A stretch of DNA of 52,740 nucleotides from a virus (taxonomy: Duplodnaviria > Caudoviricetes), in IMG/VR virus record IMGVR_UViG_3300025127_000054, positions 1 through 52,740 of that record; one strand, given 5' to 3'. Numbering within the stretch: position 1 is the stretch's first letter; each line of letters opens with the position of its first letter. A model generated the notes under the pieces. It saw nothing but the letters and a program-made list of their open reading frames with translations. It was not told where the DNA came from and searched no databases. Below, piece by piece: positions 27,162-37,400 of the stretch. Made by a program: the position numbers and the translations under genes.

Positions 27162-28391
27162 TTAACTCACTACGTTGATAGTTCCTTGCATTGCAGCATG
27201 GAGTGTACACTGATAATACAGCGTAGAAGGAGCGTCCAAAGGAACAGTCCAATATAATACAGTAGTTCCACTACCAGATTGACCAGTAGTATAAGGAGTA
27301 CCAGTCAAACCTTGAGAAGACTGTATCCTAAATGGATGTCCTCCACCCTCAACACTATTATCAAATGCATAACTAAAACCTCTATGAACATAAAGTGTAG
27401 GGTCTCGGACTGCACCATTAAGTCCTGGTCCTGATATTAAGAAGTCACTACTTGCATCTTCTACAGGTGCACCTATTTCATACCAAGTTAATGGACTTCT
27501 AGTAACTACCCATGAAGTTCCATTATAGAATAGATTATCACCTTGAGTAAGACCTGCAGTGTTTGTATCCGTTAAGGCTGCTAATGTGGTAGTTAATGTA
27601 CCAGAGAAATTGACTGTAAGTGTGTCTCCTGAAACTGCAGTGGTAATATTTGTTCCACCTGCGATTGTTAATGTGTCTGTTTGACTGTCAGCAGTTGTAG
27701 ATCCTGAATCACCTGCAACTGTAGCAAACAAGTTAACAGAACTAACACCTGCGTTATCATCAGCAGGAACCCAGTTAGTTCCATTCCATTTTAAAGTCTG
27801 GTTTAAGTTTGGAGCAGTTGTTGTGACATCGACGTTTGCTAAGTCATCAATACCAGAATATTGTGTTAGTAGTGCTGCTCTAGTATCTCCAACACCACCT
27901 GCTGTTATATTAATGTTTACATAAGGTTTATCATCACCATCTACTGTGAAGAAATAACCAGTATATGTTGCTGCAGCAGGAGCAGCTGCAAGAGATGTAT
28001 ATTCGTTTTTATATTTTACTGTCGTCGGTAAGTCGATTGAACCGTCAGTGCCAGAGAAAGTGCTAGTAATGGAACCAACACCCAAAGTAAGATTACCAGT
28101 TCCGTTGGGAGCGATGTTAATATTTCCATTAGACGAGGAGATGATAGAGTTTCCATTGACATCGAGGGCAGCTGTAAGGTTTGTATAATCCGAGGGGAGG
28201 AATGTAGATCCATTATAACGTAATACTTGTCCTGCAGCAGGGTTTGTGACATTAACTGTAAGGGTTGTGCCATTACCTAATGCAGAATACAATTCTGAAA
28301 AGTTATCGTTGATCTTGTCACCACCAGCTCTCAGGGTATCCCCTGTGTTGTCGTTCGCGATTGTACCAAGACCTAGTGCTTGTTTTGCCAT
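27162..28391 (-). CDS. gp9/gp10-like baseplate-attached short fibre with a C-terminal cupredoxin-like domain (409 aa)
   Basis: N-terminal G..ANDNTGDTLRAGGDKINDNFSELY matches the T4 gp9/gp10 N-terminal motif; GQVLRYNG/LKWNGTNWVP fibre repeats; C-terminal HPF...LYYQCTLHAAMQGTI. Confidence 0.85.
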   Translation of the reverse strand: MAKQALGLGTIANDNTGDTLRAGGDKINDNFSELYSALGNGTTLTVNVTNPAAGQVLRYNGSTFLPSDYTNLTAALDVNGNSIISSSNGNINIAPNGTGNLTLGVGSITSTFSGTDGSIDLPTTVKYKNEYTSLAAAPAAATYTGYFFTVDGDDKPYVNINITAGGVGDTRAALLTQYSGIDDLANVDVTTTAPNLNQTLKWNGTNWVPADDNAGVSSVNLFATVAGDSGSTTADSQTDTLTIAGGTNITTAVSGDTLTVNFSGTLTTTLAALTDTNTAGLTQGDNLFYNGTSWVVTRSPLTWYEIGAPVEDASSDFLISGPGLNGAVRDPTLYVHRGFSYAFDNSVEGGGHPFRIQSSQGLTGTPYTTGQSGSGTTVLYWTVPLDAPSTLYYQCTLHAAMQGTINVVS

Positions 28392-28416
28392 CTTCCTCTA
28401 GATTTTTGCTATAAAG

Positions 28417-28424
28417 TATTTATG
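28417..28424 (-). promoter_or_regulatory. T4-type late promoter (CATAAATA) overlapping the gp7 stop codon
   Basis: ATAAATA core 26 nt upstream of the next ATG. Confidence 0.75.
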
Positions 28425-31400
28425 TGATTATCTCAGGGTCTACTACTTCTTCACCATATTGACTTAAATCTGGTGCAGTCCAGTCATCTGGAACAGAAGT
28501 TTCAACTGCGATATCAGGATTTTGGTATCCAGAACCTTGATTACTCATTGTAACTCCACCAACACCTACAAGTGCTCTAATATTACCTTCAAAACCAGAT
28601 ATAGAGTCAACCCTTACAGTTGGTCTTGTAGTATAACTAGATCCACCAGATGTGACCTGTACCTGTTTAATAAATCCAGTTGTTAGTGCAGCAGTTGCAG
28701 TAGCATCTTGACCAAATACAGATCCAAGATAATCAAATGTAATAAGTGAGTTAGAAGATTCAATAACAGCAACTGTTCTATCTTCAGTTTCACCCTGTAT
28801 TCTAATGTTATCACCAGGTTCTACAGGAGGTACAATTTCAGCAGCATCAACGTCTGCCTCAGAACCAACATATGAGAACGCAACGAATGTAGATCCAAAT
28901 CTAGGAATCTCAGAGAATATGATTCTAGAACCAACAATCTCAAAACCTATACCAGGTTCCTGTATAACACCGTTCAATGAACAGATGATATTGTTCTCTG
29001 GTCTAATTGATGATGACTGTACACCATCAGTCAATGTCAATGAGTAGAACACATCATTACGTTTCAAGTTGAATGACTGACGTAATGAATCAAACTCGAA
29101 TGATATATCATCTAACTGTCTAAGTTTACCAACATAGAATCCTGTGAATGATGCTCCTAAATCAGGTGCTTCAGTAAACTGAATCTGATTAGAGAACGCA
29201 GTATATGCGTTTGTAGCACCTGGTGGTTGTAGAATACCATTGATGAATATCAATAAATGTCCTGCAGGATCTGGTAGATAACTTGTACCATTATTCTGAG
29301 ATAGATTAAAGGTTGTTTGTACACCATCAAATCCTTTGAATGATCTCTTAACTCTTGCTTTAAGATCACCTTTAGCAGAAACTGCTGCCTTATAATTATC
29401 AGTACTCTGAATAGCATCGTTAACATCAAATGTTCCTACAACATCACTTAAGTATGCTCTCTTAAGAGTACCAACAGTCTTGATATCTTGAACAGTTGCT
29501 GTTGCAGCACCCGCAGTTGTTACCTTAGTAGTAATACTTGCATAACCTTGTGGGAAACTTTGTACTCCATAATCACCAACAGTATCACCATTAGTCAATG
29601 TTCCTTGGAACTCTTGTGCGTAGATATAATTATTTGGAATATCTACACCTGTAATTATAGCGTAAGTATTCAAATCTTGAACACCAGATGTAATCTTATA
29701 AAGTCTATTTCCAACTTGGAATGTAGCAAGACTGGATATAATAGAAATACCAAATCTTATATTTCCAGTAGATGCAATCTTAGCACCAACTTTAAGTTCT
29801 AATCCATCATACTTAATAACATCAAGATACTGTCTAGAACTCTCAGGGTAAACAACAGAATTGACTTCAAATGATCCATTTAAGGTTGCAGTATCAACAG
29901 TCAATGTACCACCAGTATTGTCTGTGACAGCAGCTTCATTCTGTAAGAATGATCCTGCAGGTTGTGCAGTAACTGCTGATGTATATCCTTTAAATGGTAT
30001 ATTATCAGTAAAGGTACCTTGTAAATCAATAATATGTAAACGACTCTCTATTGCACTAATCTGAGCAGTTGTAGAGTTGTTTGCACCAACAACATTATCA
30101 GTAATTGCCCAAGGACCTGCAGTCACTTTAACATCAAGATACTTGTAGTTTGCATCTTCAAAGAATCCGTAAACAACACCAGTAACAGAAGCATTACCTT
30201 GTTTCTGTACAGTCTCGTTCATAGTATAAGGACCGTCTGTTATATCACCATCAATTCTAAATCTTTGATATACCTGAACAACTTTACCTGAGTTTTCAAG
30301 AATAGATTCAAGTTCACCATATACATTACTTGATAATCCATATGCATAATCAGCATTGTTCAGTCCACCTGAAAGACCAATCGGAATATCTCTTTCTCCA
30401 TATAACTTAGTAGGAATAGTAATACCATTTTGAGATGTAATCTGAGTATAGTATGTACCAGTCTTAATTTGATTTCTAATAATATCAAGATTATATCTTA
30501 CAAGTCTACCCATTGATTTGGTAGTATAGTTTGCAGCTTCAGTTGAATCATAGAACTTATAGAATCCTGCATTAGGTGAAGGTTCTGTAAGTGTATTATC
30601 AAGTGCCTGTTGCATGTATGTCTGAAGTGTATTAATAGCATACTGCTTGATATTATATTCATTATCAGAATAGAATACTGTGCCATCACCAGACTGATAA
30701 GGATCAAGTGCAGTCTTAGTAAGTTTAACACCCCAAACATATATTCCGCTAGTTCCATCACCTGCATATGACTGAGCACCTTGAGCATTATTAATAATAA
30801 TTTTATTAGATAGAGTTGTGAAACCAAAGGAGAATGTAGTTGTGATAAATGCTCTATACCAACCATTACCAAGAGGAACTACTCCTGAGGCATCATTAGT
30901 AATACCATTTTGAGGTGTGAATACAGAACCTATAGTTCCTGCAGTTAAATTAAGGTCAAAGAATATTCTTTGTACAGCAGCTGTTCCCTCATCAAGTGAC
31001 ATTTGGAAACGAATTGATGTGTATCCTGCTGCCTTAACAAATGCTGAGAATGTAAATGTCTGATTTCCAGTTATTGATTGTGAACCTTCGTCAAATCTTT
31101 GATTAGTTGCGTCAAACTTGATTGTGCCATCATCAAATGTGTCAAATGCATTTAAGTTAAAGTCTCTATTTAAAGTGTGAAGTGCAGTAGTAGTGCTTGG
31201 TACAATCTTTTCAGAAGTAATTGTTTGATCAGGAGCAGCAATACTATTGTTTACAACACTTGCTTCAGTAGCAGTCCAATCTGTTGCAATTGCTTCTGGA
31301 TTAGTAAAGAGGTTAGCACCTGCAATTTGTCCAGTTATATTAGATGTAAGAGTTCTAGCATGTGCAATAGTTTGTACGTTTGTTGGTTTGTTATACCAGT

Positions 31401-34400
31401 CATAACCTGCAGCAACTGCATTAACTACACCTACTGACTTAGATGTTCTACCAACGATAGTATTACCATTTGCCCATTGTGTTCCTGTAAAAGGTCCTAC
31501 AATCAAGAATGATGTATCTTCATTCCATTCTAATACTTTTGCATACGCACCATTGCTTGAATGAATTACTTCACCAACTGTATAGTTTCCAATATTACTT
31601 GTTAATGTAATTTCGTATGCAGTTGTCTTATCTGTAAGATCAGTTGCAATAATATCATGAACTAAATCATCTGTAATATCTGTAATGAAGGTATCATATA
31701 CCCATGAACCTGCTCCAAACTGTGCGTTGACCTGATTTGTAATTTCCTCTTTATAGTAGTTGTAGTTGTAAAGAATATGTTTAGTAGCACTTCTACCTGC
31801 AAGTTTAGCAGGTCCTAAGAAGTCAACTGCAATTTGAACTAACTCTTTAAATCTAGTAACTACAGTAGCAATATCAGTTGGTGTTTCTGTATCTCTATAT
31901 GCAGTTTCATCAGTCTTCAATGCAGCATAATCAGGTGCAGTAAATCCACTGTTGAAATCATATAATCTATTGTTTATTGCATACTCACCAATAACACCTA
32001 CTTGTGATATAGAGTATATGAATGCTCCCAATTCTTTTTCTACATTTATTATTTGTAAATTAGAATCTAAGAATGTTTCTAAAGCTGTTATTGTACTATT
32101 ATTACCACCAGTTTGTAAGTCGGATATCATTCCCTGAATAATATCAACTAAATTTGCTTGACGTACAACCTCAGTATTACCAGTACCAGGATAACTGAAT
32201 GCTGTATATTGTACAGTGTTTAATGAATAACTAAATTCTTCTGATGTTAAACCAGTTGCTTCTTCAGCGATATACTGTCTGTTGAAGTATAATCTATCAC
32301 CTGCAATATTAAAGTCATTATTGGTAGGTGCAATTAAATTATTGACTGCTGTAATTAACGAGTCAACCTCAGTCTTAACAGCATCAAAATAAGTAGAAAC
32401 TCCATTGCCAGGAGTATCCCAGTCACCTGTAATAATATCATTGGTGTTATCATAAGTTAAATCTCCAGTAATTGATTGTTTAATATAAATTGCAAGACGA
32501 TCATGAGCATATATTGATTGAACAGGTTGTAGACGAACATGTCTTAGTTCATTATTATTTCCAAGATAGAAGTTTGCTGCCTCTGTAGTTTTTTCATTAC
32601 CACCATTTTCAATATCATTAGCAACTGCTTGAACAATTAATTGTAAATCAGTCTTACAACGTAATGTACCATCAGTAGATGTACCATTAGCGTTTCTTGG
32701 CATATCTAATGCAAGATCTGGATAACGTAGTAGCATATCGTATGCTGTTTTATCAACAATAACACTAGCATTTTGACGAATCAAATATGCAGCATCACGA
32801 TATCTGTATTGGGTATCTATATCAATTTGATTTGTATAGATTAAATCAGTTGCAGCATCATGATATGATACTGGGAATGGTATTTCTTTAAATCCTTTTA
32901 ATCGTGCACCTGCAAATTCAGCAGCAGGAGATACAGCAGTAACTGTAGCAAGATGATCTGTAGGAGATGCAGTTATAGCATTGTTTAATGTATCTGTTAA
33001 TATGGTGACTAAGTTGTTTTGAGTTGTAATAACATCAGAACAATCTGATAATGAGTAGAATACTTTTGTAACTGCATTTGAATTAGATGCAGTCCATGTA
33101 TGTGTATACTGATCTTCAGCAGCACCTACACCAACATTAACTGTAAATGTGTCTGTAGTATGTGCACTAATTGGTAATACCTGAGCAGATGCAGGGTCAG
33201 TGGATCTTGGATATGTATGAGTTGTAGTATTATTATCTTTAGTACATGTGAATGATAATGAATTATCTGAGATAATTACAGAGTCTCCTGCAACATCGAT
33301 ACCATTGCTTGTAGCAGATACGAACGTATGTGTGTAATTACCACCTGTAGATACCCCATTAGCAAGTCCAGATGCAAACTTATGTGTATAATTACCGCCT
33401 GTCTGAAGAAGTGCTCTTGTGATTCCATTACTTGTTGCAGATACAAATGTGTGTGCGTAGTTTCCACCAGTAGTTATAGAATCAGCAGTAGCAGAAACAA
33501 ATATATGATTAGAAGTGTTTGTAGAAGGAGTGCTTGCTAATGTCTGAACTGTAATTGTGTCATCAGTAACATCAGTAATTGTGACCGCAGTATTATAGTT
33601 AGGATCAGTAGTACGAGGATATGCATGATCTGTAGCATAGTTATCCTGAGCACATCTTAATACTATTGAATTTGTAGCAATCTTAATTGCAGTTCCCTTT
33701 CTTAGATTATGACGACCTATTGTAAGTGTCATGAATCCTGTTGTAGGATTATAATCAACATGTGTAGGAGTAAATTTCCTTAGAGGTGATTTACCAACAT
33801 TGATGCTTAGTTTATTATAGTCTACATTGAATACACTTAACCATTTACCAGTGATAGGATCAGTAGAACGAGGATATGCTTTGTTAGAACTATTGCCATC
33901 CATTGTGCAACTAAATGTGACTGCACCTGATGCTAATTGAATCTTTTCATGTTCTTTAATCTGATGTCCATACTGAACAGCGTTAGTTGCTGCAGATACA
34001 AATGTATGTGCAGAAGTATCTGAAATTGGTGTACCATCACCATTTACATTGACTGTAATTGTAGTTGCAGTTTCATTAGTGATTGTTAGATCATAATTGT
34101 ATGGATAATCATTGCTACTTGCTCTTGGATATGACTTCTGAGCAACGTTGCTGTCTAATGTACATGTGAATACTAAAGAATTAGGTGCGATTCTAACTGT
34201 ATCACCAACACTCAAAGTATGAGATCCAATAGTCAATACCATATCACCTGTAGTAGGATTATATGTTGCATTGGTTGGAGTAAAGTTAGTAGTTGCAAAT
34301 GTCAATTCCATGACACCAGTTGCTGCATCATAAGTTGCACCAGAAGGTGTGTACTGATGACCTGCAAATCCAGTTACAACGTGAGTAGTTGTGTTAGAAG

Positions 34401-37400
34401 GTGTATAACCATCAAGAGTATTAATTGTGATAGTTGAACCTGTAACAGCATCAATAGGAACTGCCTGAGCAACTAAAGGATCACCCTCTATAATTCCACC
34501 CTTAATAGCAGATACGAATGTATGAGTTGTTGTATTTGTAGAAGGAATCTTATCTAGAACAACAACAGTGAATGTAGTTGTAGTTGGAACAGATGCTACA
34601 AATAACCATCTATTACTTGCATAGTCTGTAGATCTTGGATATGGATGATTAGTTGCATTATTATCTTCACCACATGTAAATGTAAGAGATAAATCTTGGA
34701 ACATTATTGGTGTACCAGTTCTCAATCCATGTGCAGCTGCAGTTGTGACTGTCATTACACCAGTTACAGGATTGTAAGTTGTTCCAGTTGTAGCAGTATG
34801 TCTATCTTGCTCTGATCTTGGATATAGATGAACTGTAGCATCACTATCCTGATCACATGTCATCTTGATAGAATTAGGTGCTAACTTAATAGTTGAGTTT
34901 GCTTTACTTACACCACCAGATGTTGCACTTACAAATGTATGAGCAGTGACGTTAGTGGAAGGAATACTATCTAAAACTTGTACATCAAATGTGTTTGTTG
35001 TGACGTTAGAAATAGGAATCCACTTATTACTTACAGCATCAGTAGATCTTGGATAGTCATGGTTTGTAGCATTATTATCTTGTGCACAAGTAAATCTCAA
35101 TGAGTTATCTGCAATCTTAACTTTCTCACCATTAGAGAAGTTATGACCTGCAATAGTCAATGTCATGATACCTGTTGAAGGTACATATACTGCATTTGTG
35201 ACTGTATGAGTTGTTGGAGCAGGAAGACTATGACTTCCAATGTTTATCTCAAGTGCACCTGTGGTAGCATTATATGTTCCTGATTGAGGTTGGTAATTAA
35301 CTGTTGGTGATTTACCAATATTAACTGTGATTGTATTATCTCTCTTAGTAAGACCGTTCTCAAGAGCAGAAACAAATGTATGAAGATATTGATCAGCAAC
35401 AGCACCTATACCAACATTAACTGTAAATGTATTATCTGTCTTAGCAGTAATTCTTAACCATCTTTGTGCGTATGGATCTGTAGAACGAGGATATGAATGA
35501 GTTGTCTTATTACCATCTTTAGTACAACTAAATGTTAGAGAATTTAATTCAATTCTAACTTCATCAGTTAGTGTAAGACCATGTGCATTACTGGTAATGA
35601 CCATATCACCTGTTGTCTGGTTATATGATGCATTTGTTGCTGTAAATGTAGTACCATTAGTCCAGATTGGTAATGATGTATTATAACCAGGATCGTCAGT
35701 TCTTGGATAAGAGTGTATAGTTCTGAAATTATCTTGTGAGCACTTAAATGATACTGCATCTTTGGAAAGTCTTAGAGTTTCTCCAGAACGAACCATTGAA
35801 TTAGGTAGTGCATACTTGAATACATGAGTTGTAGTATTACTTGAAGTACCTACGTTTACAGTAAATGTATTTGTAGTAACGTTGCCTATTGCAATCCACT
35901 TATTATAGTAAGGATCAGTAATTCTAGGATATGCATGATCTGTAGCATTACTATCTTGAGCACATGTAAAGACGAGTGAATTTACACCAAACATCACTCT
36001 ATCACCAACATAGAATCCATGATTAGCAATAGTAATTGTCATCACACCTGTTGATGGATTATAAGCAATTCCCTCAGGTGTATACTTCCAACCAGTTCTT
36101 AGATCATTGTCTCCAATGTCCATTGTTAAGAATCCAGTCTCACCGTCATAAGTACCATCTGTTACTGTGTAATTTACAGTAGGAGATTTACCAACATTAA
36201 CACTAAAGTTATTTGCATCAATTCTTGTGACTTCCATCCAACCTTGACCAGCTGGATCATCAGGACGAGGATAAGATTGTGATACTGTATTACCATCAGA
36301 TGTACATGTCATGGTAATAGAATTTGGTTTTAACTTTATTCTATCACCAGTCTGAATGTTGTGACCGTTAGATGTAATAGTTAAAACACCAGTGGTAGCA
36401 GTGTATGTGGCATTTGATGCAGTAATTTCACGAGGTGAAAGTAATCCGTGACTGGAGCTGGTAAGAACCATATCTCCAGTTGCAGCATTATAAGTTGCAC
36501 CTGTAGGAGTGAAGTTTACAGCAGATGGATAATCAGAATCTTGTAAAGTTCCATCATACTTCTGTGTAAATGAATGACTTGTATCTTGAATATCCCAAGG
36601 AACGTTATTAATAACAAATTTTGATATCTTCTCTACAATTTCAGTTGCAAATACTTCTTGTGGAACATCACCTTCAATAGTTCCAGTTGCTATTGATATT
36701 GGGTTAGTTGTTCTATCAATATAAGATGCAGATGTATTCCAAATATGACTATTACTACCATTACGAAGATCATCTACTAATGCTTGTATAAGAACTTCAA
36801 GTCTTGTCATAGCAACAGCATCTCCACCTTTAACAGTATGAGCAGGGAATACCTGTTTCATAATGTACAGTGCTTCTGCCTTTATTAGATCTTTATTTAA
36901 TAATATGTGATCAGCAGCGTTTAAGTATCTGTGTGTTCTACCAACAAATCCAGCTGGTGCACCAGTAGTACGAGATGTTGCTAATATTGAATCATTATTA
37001 AACTCATCTCCAATAGCAGGAGCAACATAACCAGACCAATCTTCAGTATATGTTTGACCGTTAGAACCATCAAAATGAATTAATAACTTAGCATTTGTAT
37101 CACCTTGGTGTATTCCAGTTTGAGAAGTAAATGCTGATGTATAACGGTTAGTAGCAGATGCTCTAAATTCATCAATATATCCTGTAAATCCATTAGCACC
37201 GTTATAATCCATACCGATTCTAATTGGTTTAGCAGCAAAGTTGCTACTATCAGTTCCAGTACCAACTTCAACACCATTAAGATATATCTTAGTAGTTGTA
37301 GAAGATCTAACAATCGCTACATGATACCAAGTGTTATTATTAACAGTTGTAGCACCAGAAGTTACGAGATCTGATCCATTTACATTATAACGAATCTGAG

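Noticed and set aside
27162-28391. Calling the cupredoxin-containing ORF plastocyanin (petE)
   Set aside because: No signal peptide, C-x2-H-x2-M spacing instead of plastocyanin's C-x2-H-x4-M, and fusion to a gp9/gp10-like structural N-terminus.
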